Assembly: GCA_964035545.1 (NCBI GenBank)
Contig: OZ037772.1
Coordinates: 1,240,001-1,304,000 of the forward strand
From: Bugula neritina
Lineage: Eukaryota; Animalia; Bryozoa
Reading direction: 5' to 3'
DNA length: 64,000 nucleotides
Shown: one piece after another, positions 8,188-19,643 of the stretch
Layout of the letters: the number at the start of each line of letters is the position of its first letter
How positions within the stretch are numbered: position 1 is the stretch's first letter
The notes under the pieces: model-generated
Told to the model about the DNA's origin: nothing
What the model saw: the letters and a program-made list of their open reading frames with translations, nothing else
The model's database searches: none
Program-made: the position numbers and the translations under genes

Positions 8188-10906
8188 ATAACTCACGCTC
8201 AGTAATTGCACAAATTACTACAATATTATAATGATAATTATTATATTTATTATATTATTATTGAATATATTATTTCATTAGAAAATAGGTTGCAGCTTAG
8301 CATGATTAAAATTCAGTAAAAATTAGTTTACCAACAGCAAACATGCATGCGTCTTGTCAACATTCAATTCGTAGTGTCATAGCGAAGCCAGATTACTGGT
8401 AGTACGACTACTAGAACTACTACTACTAGTGATGGATTACAGATCCTTGGCGATTTTAGCTGTGAGTGACCTTCACCTCACATTCTCGTCATGTGCGCGG
8501 CATTAGACTAAGTAGAGGGTATGAAGCACTGAGCTGGAATAGAAAGAATATATTTTAATTATAGGTAATACTAATAGTAATATAATTTATGGTAATATAT
8601 AGGTAATATTATTGAGTTCATTGGTATGGAGTATAGACCTATCACTGATAGTATCAGTATCAACTACCACTTACGTACTACTTCAACTTATGACTTACCT
8701 TCAACTCCAACTCAAACTGAAACTGCTTGGAATCATTTGTCTTTGATCATATTGGCATTGTCATTGTGATTGTAATAACTATTAATATTTTTAGTTCAAC
8801 ATCAATGCCGAACATATTGTAATAACTAATAAGATAATCATAAGGTTGATATATTTTGCTAATACTAATACTAATAGTTATAGTAATAGTTATAGTAATT
8901 CAGTGTCACTCTCACTCTGGTGGAGTGAGACTCAGACTTAGAGTTAGAGACAGAGTGAGTCCGAGTAAGTCTGAGTGTTGGTAATAGTAATAGTCATATA
9001 AATTTAAATTATATTTACTTATTTCTAGCAATCACAATGGCAATAGTTATAGTAACTTTCACTTACTCTTAAATCTTTGAACCTGAACTAAAAGTAAAAT
9101 TAAGCATTATCATTATGATTATCATTATGATTATACCTATGATTTTATTATGTTTAAATTAAAAATCAATATCATGATAATATCATAGTGATAGACATAT
9201 TATTGATAAATGATAATATAAAAGTAATTTGATAAATTATACATTGATTTTGAATTAAGGTGATACTGATACTAGACCGGTACTGAAAGTGATAGTAATA
9301 CTAATAGTAATAGTAATAGTCATATAAATTTAAGTTATATTTACTCATTACCGGCAATCACAATGGCAATAGTAACTTAAACTGTAACAGTAATGGTATG
9401 GGTATGTTTGAAATTGTCACTATCAGTATTGCTATGAATCAAAATATAATGCTATCATACCAATAATTTAAAATAATATTACAAAGCTTCAGTAGCAACT
9501 TTTACTTGTACCAGTTTGGAATTTTGAATTATACATATTCTTAGTTAAAGTCTTCAAGTTTATTGTCAAAATGAACTTGAAATTAAAGACTTAGTAGTAA
9601 AAATTAAACTAAGACTGACTGTAAGTGACTAAGATTAAAAATAAGTAATTTTAAATATCGATTTAGTATTTTTCTTACTCTTTGTCTTAAAATTGACTTT
9701 TATTTTGCACCTACTCCTGGTCAATGATTCTTTTTTCTATTTATATTACTATTGCTATTAGTATAATTGACTTAAATTTAATAATAGATATGATTGTATC
9801 TTTATAAATGTGATATTTGATTTTATGAATAGTACTTCGAAAACTCTTTGGTATTATTTATTTTTGATCATTGTAGTTATTATCATTATATTTGTATAAT
9901 AATTATGATTATCAAATTCAATATCGATATTTGTATTATGGTATGGATATCTGCCTCCATCCCATGTTCTGTTTTGCAGTGCCTTTTTACATTCACGTCT
10001 AGGTTCACATTGCGATGGTCATACTGATTGCACTTGGGGACAGTGATGAGCATAATGATTATCACTAATATTAGGATTATCGTTATTAGGATTTAGAATA
10101 ATTTAATAAACAAGCAACTTAAAACAAATGTTTTTACTAATATACATATTAATTACTAATATAAATATACTACTATGAATATTATAATTATTATACTTTA
10201 CAATTCAAAGTAAGATAATCATAATACGAACTGGTAAAACTAAATATAAAGTAAATGTAATAATACTAATAGTAGTTATCCATTCCCCTTTGGTTTCACA
10301 TACTAATAATTGGAAACCTCTGTCCTAATATTATTTCTATTAATATTGCTCAAAGTTTGATCCCTATTTAATTTTATAGTTCACTCACCAGCTACATAAT
10401 TTTATTAAAATACATGTGGTATTGGTTATAGTACTAGTGAAACTTGAAGTTGAATAGCATGCTTATTACTCACTGCTCTTTGCTTACATTATTAGGGTTA
10501 CTCTTTAGTCTTAGAGATACCCTAACATAAACTTGAAAGCTGGAGGTAGTACTAGTCTAGTGCTGTGTTAATCCTACACTGTTGACTTATCAACACTGTG
10601 ACTATAATTATGACTCCTAAGTCAAAGTCATTTTCATATAGTAGTAATCACTATGACAGACTGAAAGTCAGGAAGACTAAATATAATGGTAAAGTGTGTA
10701 AGAATAAATCATACTTAATCAATTACTTTTAGTTTTGTTACCAGTGTTGGGTCAACTTTCAGAATAAAGAATAAATATAATTATAAAGATAAATGGATAA
10801 AAATTCCAATCATGGTTTAATGTGCCTATTTTAAGCTGTTAATTTAATTACTATAATATAAGTGCTCAAAATACAACTTTTGATTTTCATAATTATGTTT
10901 TAATTT

Positions 10907-13900
10907 CAGTATATATTTTCCTAGAATGTTGTTTAGAGACATAAAAAAACTGCCTATGCACAACATACTTTGCATCTGTTTAGTATCTCGTAACAAGACA
11001 TAAAAAAATCAAAGCCAATTATAAGGCAAAAGACCATAATACTGTACTATCATTGGATAGTTCTTCATCAATAAACAGGTAGTCGCCAGTGGTGGATATG
11101 AACCCCTCCTAGATGTTTCTCGTACTTCTTCCTCAAAAAACATTTTCATTAAGCCAAAAAGAAATAACAATACACCTTTTTAGTTGACACTTTTTAATTT
11201 CTGACTGATATTTCACCTTATTTCCAATTATAATTAACTTTTAACCGGCACTTTTCTTTGTAGTAATTCCTACCCTTTAGACTGTGTACTTTGAAATGAG
11301 TCTGTTTTACTCGTTACATAAAGTATAGTTGCACTGGCTACAGGTTGACACAAAAGCAAGCCTATCTTGATAAAGTCATGCGCAAATGTAGAAACTACCG
11401 AGGAGTTTGTTCCTCATAATTAGAAATTGACAAATTATTTTTAATCCGTTTAAAAGCATCTGGTTAGGGAAGCATATGCCGTGTTCAATTTGTTATTCTA
11501 GCATTAACAATAACAGAATGCAATAATTATAAGTTTATGAAAGTAATTTGTTTTCTTTCTAATTACAAATATAATACTTTAGTATATATTGTAAATTTAT
11601 AAGGCTTGCATTAGGAATAACGCAGCTAAAACATCATTTTCCTTAAAGTCATAAAAATATATAAGTATAACATAATACACTATGCCAATAAACTTATTAA
11701 AGTACCAAGCAAGCTTAGCTAGTTTAAGAAAAATTACACTAGGTAAATTCCCATTGTTTATAGAATGCTTGCTGATATTAGCTTTTGATGTAATTAAAGT
11801 AAATTATTATTTATCTTTCTAGCTAAGGATTTCTTGCCGTAAGTTTTGTTTTTATGCGTGGAGAAATGTCGTAACAAACGAGTTAATTTTTTATAGCACA
11901 TAAAAATGTAATCTATAAGTCGAAGATATTTAAACTTAGCCATTAACTCATTTTAATTAGCAATGTAGCCTAAATCTAATACAATACAAAATATATACCA
12001 GTATATATAATATATTTTTACCATGCTGTTAATTACAGTATTTGTAAAACAAATTTTATGCTCATTAATTAAATGCAACAAATATTTATAAAATACTAAT
12101 AATGTTGAATAAATTAATTCAATAATTCCTTTTCTATTTAAATGGCTGCATAATTTCTTGCAAGGTTGTATAAAGGAGTTGTGGCCCACAACTTATTATG
12201 TGTTCAATTGCCACATATGTCTTAGGAAGAAGAAAACTCCCCAAAAATTCTTGGTTTGAAAATTCTAGTATAATTAAAATCACTTAATATATGTCTTTGA
12301 AATGCATTTTGCCACTCTGCAAAATTGCAGGAACAAATATTGCATGAAGTAATAAATGATTTATGAAGTAATTAACAAACCAATGTAAAAACTGTTGTTG
12401 TATATAGAACACAACATATTGATTTTCTTCAATTTCCACATCAAATCTATATATTCAATTATATCTAACCAATGCTAATAAACTAAACATGCATGCATAC
12501 AAATATTTGCATCATATGCAAGTAATATTAGCTAATTAGCAACTATAGCATTTTTTTCATTATCTTTATTGCTTGCATATGTCTAAGTATTATTAAAATA
12601 AGGTTTTTATTTGCAACTTTGCACCACAAATTACATAAAATCTAAAAACTTGAGTTGTGACATAGGGCTACCTATACACAAATAGACCTTCATAAAACTC
12701 TCAATGATTTTATTCAACTCATGTATGCAAAAGTTTTGCATTAAAACAATTCTTCTAAATCACCCTAGAGCAGGAAATTATTACAAAAACAGCTTCTCAT
12801 ATATAATCTTTCTCCAGATTAATTTTTTTTCCTGTATTTAAACTAACTTAGCAAGTGAAGATTGTGATATCACTCAGGTAATCACATATATATTATTCAT
12901 AGCTGTAATACTTTAGCAATGAATAGATCATGTTTAATTTCCACTCTACCTAGCAGTTTTTCAGAATTATAGAGCTATGTATATCGTGAAATTGGAATAG
13001 CCTAATAGTTTTACATGTGTTTATAGCTAGACAAATTAACTTAAAAAGCTTACAATAATTAGATGATATTTGCATTCTTTTGAAGGTTATGGTGAAGCTA
13101 CTGCAAAACTGGCCATTAGTTTAGCATAATATGCAATGCCACGCAAAAGCATGCCAAACAAGCAATGTTTATTTACCTTACCAGTGCAATTTTATCACCT
13201 TAAACACAAAAGCAAGTATAAAATACACATCCATATTAGATTAACTGTCAAGTTAAAAAAAGACAACATATATTCATGAGCTGGTTCTGTTTGCACAAGT
13301 ACAATTTAGACCAGCTTATTATTTAGATTGCCACAAAAATATGACGTAAAATATGTTTTTAATCATTATTTTGATATTCACTGGTTGAAGATATTTTTTA
13401 TATCCTAATATGTAAATATTGTACATAAATCTTAAAAATTAACTAGGTGAATAAGGAAAACTGCTAATTTTATGAAACTGTTATGTTAATAAAGACAATG
13501 GCTATCAACAAATCCCACCAGACCACAAACTAATTGTAAATACTAAAGCAATTATATAGTGCTATGTGTTGATCTAGCCTAGTCAATACACCACAAATAT
13601 GTATTATGACATACCACATTTTAAGTACTGGGTTACCATTTATTCTAATGGGTATTTGTTTAAACTGTTATATACAGCTTTTTGCACTACCAATATACAA
13701 GCCAGTTGTTATTCTGTCACTTTTTATCTACATCTCTTTTTAATGCCAGTTACTTGTTAGCTTCAGTACAAACAGCTAAACATTCTACTCTACAGCCAAT
13801 CTTACTGTTAACTCTTGTTTAACAATATTACAAGAATCTAAAAATTTGAGTGTGTTTTAAGTATAATATTCTATCATTATAACTTTTAAATGAAACAATA

Positions 13901-14011
13901 ATAATATGATAAATGCATTATAACTTTCTGACAAGTTTTTTTGCAAAGTATATGTTTTTGGAAAATAGTTTTACAACATTTGCTAGGAGCATTATATTTA
14001 TTCCTATCTAA
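10907..14011 (-). mobile_element. Second copy of the right end of the giant element (inverted copy of 52271-59473 without the ISL2EU insertion)
   Basis: Begins exactly at the TIR CAGTATATATTTTCC. Collinear and highly similar to 59473-52271, with the empty AT site near 11419. Confidence 0.93.
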
Positions 14012-15298
14012 GCTAGCAAGCATGGCCGCCCCACGGAAACCACTGGTCGACGCCGGCTGTACGCTGGTCGACCGTGGCAAGTAGTGGCGGTAGACCTCGT
14101 CGGGCCTATGCCGTTATCCGCCAGAGGAAACAACTGGATACTGGTGCTCACGGACCACTTTACCCGGTGGGCAGATGCTCTGGCTATTCCAGACGCCACC
14201 GCCCCCACGGTGGCCCGGACCCTGGACCAACATGTATTCTGTTACCTCGGTTTGCCCGAGCAGATACATACAGACCAGGGTGCCCAGTTCCAGTCCCAGC
14301 TCATGGGAGACCTCTGCCGGATATGGGGGGTGAACCAGAGTCGGACCACCCCATATCACCCGCAAGGGAACGGAGTCGTCGAGCGGAACAACAGGATGTT
14401 GGGTGACGCGCTCCGGAGCCTGCTGCTTGGTCGAGGTCAGGAAGAATGGGACGTGGTGCTGCCGCAGATCATGCGGGCTTACCGCAGCACACCACACTCC
14501 GCCACGCAGGAGACCCCAAACTTCCTGATGTTAGGCCGGGAGACGCGGATCCCGGAACACCTGACGTACCATGTTCCTGCCCCCGAGTCACCGGTACACG
14601 AATATGTGGAGGGTCTGATGGACATCATGGGCAAAGCTCATGATGCGCTGCGCACACAGCAGTGGCAGACCCGCACCGAGGACTCAGAGGAGCCCCCGTT
14701 GTACCAAGTGGGAGACTGGGTCTGGATGGTGAGTTACCGTAGGCGGCGTGGACAGTCGGCTAAGCTTCAGCCCAAGTTCGTCGGCCCCTACTGCGTAGTA
14801 GAGGTGCTGCCCAACCACACATACCGTGTGGAGCGCTCTGGACAGGTCTCTGTCCAGAGCGAGCAGCGCCTCAAACCTTACCATGCCAGCCCAGACGCGG
14901 TGGGTCAGGCTTCACCCCTCTTGGAGCCCCACCATCAGCCCAACCGTCGTGGACGGGCCACCCGGCCCCGTGAGGTGGAGATCATGGTCCCCAGGGAGGC
15001 AGACCAGGAGCAAGCCGCCCTGATAGAGCAGCTGGAGCGACAGCAGAGAGCGGAGCGGGAGCAGGAACAGCAGCAAGCCCTTGGCTCACAACCCTTCCCG
15101 GGGGAGGACACCCCCACCCCCGTACGGGGTGAAGACGGGGACCCCCCTACCAGGGTAGCCCAGGAGCCACCAACACCACCAGAGTCTGTTCCACTTGAGA
15201 GGAGCCAGCGGCCAAGAAGACCTCCCAGGTACCTGGCAGACTATGCTGTAGGACACCTGGAGGGGCCCCCTCCTGAGGAAGACCCCCCCCCACACTGA
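14012..15298 (+). pseudogene. pol: Integrase core and C-terminal part of family B pol (5' part deleted)
   Basis: AVDLVGP, HTDQG, NGVVERNN, GPY and RRPPRYLADY motifs. The frame stays open after TGA 15296-15298 until TAA 15461-15463. Confidence 0.93.
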
Positions 15299-15362
15299 CT
15301 GCCACCCCATCTTGGTTGGGAATTCCCTCCATCACCCCGGAGAATTCCACCAAGAAGAAGAA

Positions 15363-16832
15363 ATGGCCGACCGAATTTCGGAAGACACTCGATTACGCGA
15401 GTTGTCTCCTCGAAATCCGGGGGAAATTCCCACGAGCCACGCGACTCGGGCTTCAGCAGGTAAAACTTCTGAAGCACGAGGTTCGGCCATTTCTCATTCT
15501 GACTTCACACAGCTCGCACGGCAGTTGCAACTCAAACTAAATTCTGATTCTAATACTCATTTTGATTTTACCACTATTCTCCGTACGCTATCAGCGGCTA
15601 TGGGGATCACTCTACCAGATACACAATCAGGTATTTCTTCTAGATTAGATCCTCCAGTTGCGGAGTCTAATCAAACTACAGTAGACTGGTCTTTACTAGA
15701 TTTACTTGGTTCTGATATCTTAGGACCGGAGGCCGAGATGGATCTCGGAGATGACTCTGCCATTGATACATTGTTGAATCACGATGTAGGCTCAGTCAAT
15801 TTCTGCGATACACCTCGGCCCTCGGTTTTTAACTTATCTCCATTCACACCTGTGCCAAATTTCGGCGATAGTGAGACCGGCTTCTCACAGCCTCTACTAT
15901 CTATTCTAGAGGAGCGAATGGACGTTGAGGAGGCCAGTCGGTCCGACTCCCCTCCCCCACCGGGCCTTGCTTCGGCTTCTACCAGCCAGCAGGCCGTCAC
16001 CTCCTCCACAGAGGTGTGTTCCGCCATGGTTGGCCCTGACCCCAAACCGGTCGAGCTTCAGCTCACGGCCGGGGAGGAGCAGGGCATCCTACACGGCGAC
16101 CACCTGCCAGCAGAAGAAGATGCCTCCCCAATACTGGCCCTGCCTCGGGCCCTGGTCGCCCGCCAGTATTGGGTGACTGGACCCACCAACCTAAAAATTG
16201 GTGATGCTTGCGGTGAGCCGGGCAACCGCATCTGCCATGAGTGTAAGAGGAAATTCTCCTCTGCACGGCGGTTGCGCGTACACGCCCCTCAGCATTACAT
16301 CAACGTGTTTTGCCCGTGTGGGGAGTTCTCCTACCAGAGAGACTATGTGTTGAGACATCAGCGCATAGCTCACTGCCACACGGGCTACACGTTTGCTGTA
16401 GACCAGGCCTCCTTTCCCGAATTTTGGGACCTGGTGCTGCCACACGTGGCGGATCCCCACAAACGGGCTGCTCTCGCCCTGGGATTCCCCGCGTGTAGGC
16501 CTGTTCGGGAGGAAGAAGGGGAGCCCGCCGCGACACCCCAACCGGCAGCCACCCAGCCACTTCGGGTCATGCTGGCACGGGTCGGACCAGGTGCCAGGGC
16601 CGATTCATCGGACCTGGGCCCCCGACCCTCGGCGGCGGGCGAGAAGCAGACGCACCGCCAGCGACGTCCTGCCCGTGGTACTACCGACCGCCCTAGGCAC
16701 CAGACGTCAGCTCAGTTGGCAGAGGAGGTTCACCAGTTACGCCGGCAGCTCCGCAGATATGAAGAGGAGCTGGGGCAACTCCGGAGACGAGTTAGCCGCC
16801 TGGAGCGGGGTCGATCTGGCGACCGCCGCTGA
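15363..16832 (+). CDS. Family B ORF3 accessory zinc-finger / coiled-coil protein (489 aa unspliced)
   Basis: CHECKRKFSSARRLRVHAPQH..FCPCG..RHQRIAHC..VD..FPEF..LGF aligns with family A ORF3. C-terminal heptads LAEEVHQLRRQLRRYEEELGQLRRRVSRL. Confidence 0.85.
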   Translation: MADRISEDTRLRELSPRNPGEIPTSHATRASAGKTSEARGSAISHSDFTQLARQLQLKLNSDSNTHFDFTTILRTLSAAMGITLPDTQSGISSRLDPPVAESNQTTVDWSLLDLLGSDILGPEAEMDLGDDSAIDTLLNHDVGSVNFCDTPRPSVFNLSPFTPVPNFGDSETGFSQPLLSILEERMDVEEASRSDSPPPPGLASASTSQQAVTSSTEVCSAMVGPDPKPVELQLTAGEEQGILHGDHLPAEEDASPILALPRALVARQYWVTGPTNLKIGDACGEPGNRICHECKRKFSSARRLRVHAPQHYINVFCPCGEFSYQRDYVLRHQRIAHCHTGYTFAVDQASFPEFWDLVLPHVADPHKRAALALGFPACRPVREEEGEPAATPQPAATQPLRVMLARVGPGARADSSDLGPRPSAAGEKQTHRQRRPARGTTDRPRHQTSAQLAEEVHQLRRQLRRYEEELGQLRRRVSRLERGRSGDRR

Positions 16833-17135
16833 GACTATTTGTGTAGTTTTTTTTTCTTTTCTTTTCTACTCTTGTTCTTTGTTGTTTATTATATGTGTGT
16901 AAGTGCTTCATGTAATGCATGTACCTATTCATGCTCTGTTTTTCTTGTGTGTGCACAAATCTTCCCTGTTTTTTTTTGTGTTATCATTGTATTATTACTA
17001 TCACTGCATGTTTACCATATTTTTTTTTCGTGTGTTGCTTTCAACTGTGTGTTTTATTGTCGTGTCATTCCCTGTTGTGTGTTTGTGTTGTGTACGCCTC
17101 TTTATCGGAAAGCATGCTTTCCGATGGGGGGTGTG

Positions 17136-17460
17136 TGTGGTAAATTTATGTTGTGTGTGTGTGTCCTTTGTTGCCGAGATCGGTACTTCGGTCCTCCGAA
17201 ACACCGATATGCCGATTCTCGGCATATCGGAATACCGAAGTACCGAAATGCCGGATTCGGTATTTCGGGTCTCCGATCTCGGCAAACAAAGGAATGTCTT
17301 TGTCCTGCATGTATATAAAAGCCAGCGAGTTCCAGTATAGTTCAGTCTACTACTGGAGCTCGCTGGATAAAGACCATTGATTCACTCGGACTATACTACA
17401 ATAAAGATTATCTACATTCTACCTTATTTCTCGCCTTGTTTCTCATACAAGCATGTAACA
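17136..17460 (+). repeat. 3' LTR of family B, with palindromic array (17164-17293), TATATAAA (~17312) and AATAAA (17400-17405)
   Basis: Follows the PPT; TG...CA termini resemble family A; Academ coding sequence resumes at 17461. Confidence 0.85.
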
Positions 17461-19402
17461 GCACTAGTTTCATTCACAATCCACAAAACTATCACAATAG
17501 AGCACATCTATTGGGCACTCCGTCTAATACGCTCTTGTGCTTTAATTGATGTTTCAGAATACACGTCAAACACTACATCAACCCTTGTATATCCTTTGCC
17601 ACATTCAAGAAATATTTCCAACATCTTCAGAGCATAGCTATAAAAAGTGCCTGATGTTTTTGTCGAGTGAAGTATGCACATACCATCAATAATGATCGAT
17701 TTGTTGGTGGACAGTTGACTATCATCATTAGAGACCCTGTTTCCAAGATATTTCTGTTCCAAAATATGCATTAGTTGCAATTTGCATGTTTTTCTCATCT
17801 GTCCGTTTTCAGTAAATAGAGCAAGAGGGATGGGACCAATTTCTTTCTCTAGAACTGTATGCAAATCTTTGGCACTTTTGGCACTTATGAGGTTTAGCAA
17901 ATGATATTTTAGGAACATTTGGTTTAATGGCCGGTTGAAGTGATTTAGCCACAAAGTCAAAGGAAGGGATTTTAAGCCGGTGAATAGCAGTGTAAAATGG
18001 TTTTATTGTATTCAAAAGTCTATCTTGAAAAAACTTTTGAGCCATTTCTCCTCCCTGAGCCATAGCAGTCACTATTGACAAGGAGGTCTCCGCATCGGGA
18101 CTTACTCCAGTAGCAATATTAATAAGTTCAGTTGAATTATTGCTAAACAACTCAACATCAAACTGCTGCAATGTAAAAAGAATTGCTTGTATATCAATCT
18201 CATCCGTCATAGTTGTAAGGATTGTGTCTTCCTTGTGTAGTGTTAATGACTGTGAGGCTATTTGGCAAAAATCCTTTTGCAAAGAAAGCAGCTGGGCTCC
18301 GATATGACTAGTTAAGAACCATTTTGTCCGAGCTTCTTCATGGTTGCTAATGCCAATAATGCCTCCAGATGTTTTACTGTCTCGGTTCAAAGTTTGCTCC
18401 AAGACCTGATCTGGAGCCATACCTGCAATTTTTTTTCCTGTCCTGTTTATGGTGAATGAACCCTTTGCAAACATTCCATAAACTTCTGGAGCAGATTCAG
18501 GCAAATTTAGCATATCAATAAGGTATATAGGCAGCCACCTTGAATAGTATGTGCGATCATACGCAAAAAATACTGGTAGCATTGCCTGCATACTGTCCAT
18601 ATATAATTGCCAGTTGCCACTACGCTCAGCTCGAATAAATCCCAACATGGCTTCTACTGCATGAAGGTAGGAATTCCAGAACATTGAAAGGTTAGATTTT
18701 AATTTAGTATCAGAATCAAGCTTTTTATAACAGTAGCAACTTTATCTGCGACCGTGGTCCATTCACGTAAGTTATCATCAATAGAAATATTATGAGAATC
18801 TAATGGGTCAAACTGATCATTTTCTTGGAGCCATTCCGAAAGAGATTTTAGTTTCTGCCTTGATATTGCCTCATACAAAATCTTGTGCGCCCGTACACCT
18901 CTGTTATAATGCTTACCACATAGCACCTGTTTCACTGTAACTTCAGAATATATATCACTGTGTACAAGAACTTGGGCGAGGCCGCTTGATTTTACCATTT
19001 TGCCAAGTGCTGCCATGTAATTCATCAAGATATGAAAACCGCCCATTTGAATTATTGTGTTTGAAAATTCAGTTGGTTTGTTCCATTGAATCTCTTTGGC
19101 AATCTTGTAAATAGCTTGGTCAAATGTAATTACTGAATGTTTCTGATTTAAAACTTTCATAGTTTTCTTTAGCTGCAGAAGGATTGTATAAATTGTTGAT
19201 GGATCTGTTGATGGTGCATTAATCATTGGGCAATACCCAATGACTGATCTTTTATTATCTTCTGTGGCAACCAAATTTCTTACATTAAAGCTACTCCAGC
19301 TGGGGCAGTTACGTGTAGAAGGACTTATGTCCAATTGAAATAGTTTGATTGGGGCAAGTCTTGCCAATAGCCACACTTTTTCATATTCAGCAATGTCTCT
19401 TG
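17461..19402 (-). pseudogene. Academ transposase plus start of XPG/PIN-like nuclease domain (frameshifted)
   Basis: FDQAIY, MGGFH, KHYNRG, RSGNW, FAYDRTYYSRW, DQVLEQTLNR.K.GG, IIDGM and RVDVVFDVY..SIK..ER.RR motifs across three broken ORFs. Confidence 0.85.
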
Positions 19403-19403
19403 A

Positions 19404-19643
19404 CTAAGTTTTGTGATAAAATATGATTTTGAGAGCAACGCAGATGTGATTTTAACAGCATGTAAATGCAAAAAAGCAGGCTGTAAGAGTAAAGCATGCA
19501 AATGCAAGCGCCTGATGATGAAATGCTGTAGTTTATGTGAATGTTTCGATTGCAACAACAAAAGTGGCCAGTCTTTTTTTTCAAACAAAGAGCCTGATTA
19601 TGATGATGATGGCAACAAACACAGTTCTGATGAAGAATTATAA
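19404..19643 (+). pseudogene. C-terminal Cys8 (tesmin/CXC-like) finger of the Academ protein, opposite strand to the rest
   Basis: CKCKKAGCKSKACKCKRLMMKCCSLCECFDCNN followed by an acidic tail and a stop codon. Confidence 0.8.

Larger units (their letters stand above)
375..8222 (+). mobile_element. Solo LTR of about 353 bp (375-696 plus 8192-8222), split by Gypsy A copy 1
   Basis: Termini TGTAGT...ACTACA; ATAT TSD at 371-374 and 8223-8226; AATAAA at about 622. The paralogous site near 39335-39345 lacks the whole segment and has a single ATAT. Confidence 0.85.
1..10906 (-). repeat. Inverted paralogue of 28818-39701 (interior of the giant element); probably continues beyond the window start
   Basis: Position 1 (agtcttactgtgactctcagtcg) is the reverse complement of 39679-39701. 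8223-10906 matches 28818-29697 plus 37174-39340 in reverse. Each arm shows the empty sites of the insertions found in the other arm. Confidence 0.93.
14012..17460 (+). mobile_element. 5'-truncated Ty3/Gypsy element, family B (integrase, ORF3, PPT, 3' LTR)
   Basis: Integrase is homologous to family A from ASKH..RRRLYAGRPWQ onward. PPT GATGGGGGGTG; LTR TGTGG...TAACA. Confidence 0.93.

Noticed and set aside
8433-8446. GAT-TACA-GAT versus GAT in the paralogue as a transposon excision footprint
   Set aside because: A 7-bp indel is too short to distinguish from slippage or repair.
11953-12189. 78/79-aa ORF present in both copies (also 54086-54325)
   Set aside because: Its conservation reflects the recent duplication; the start is non-ATG and the more protein-like frame is a different one.
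16839-17380. Cys/Phe/Val-rich ORFs resembling membrane proteins
   Set aside because: Translations of the TG-rich 3' UTR and LTR.
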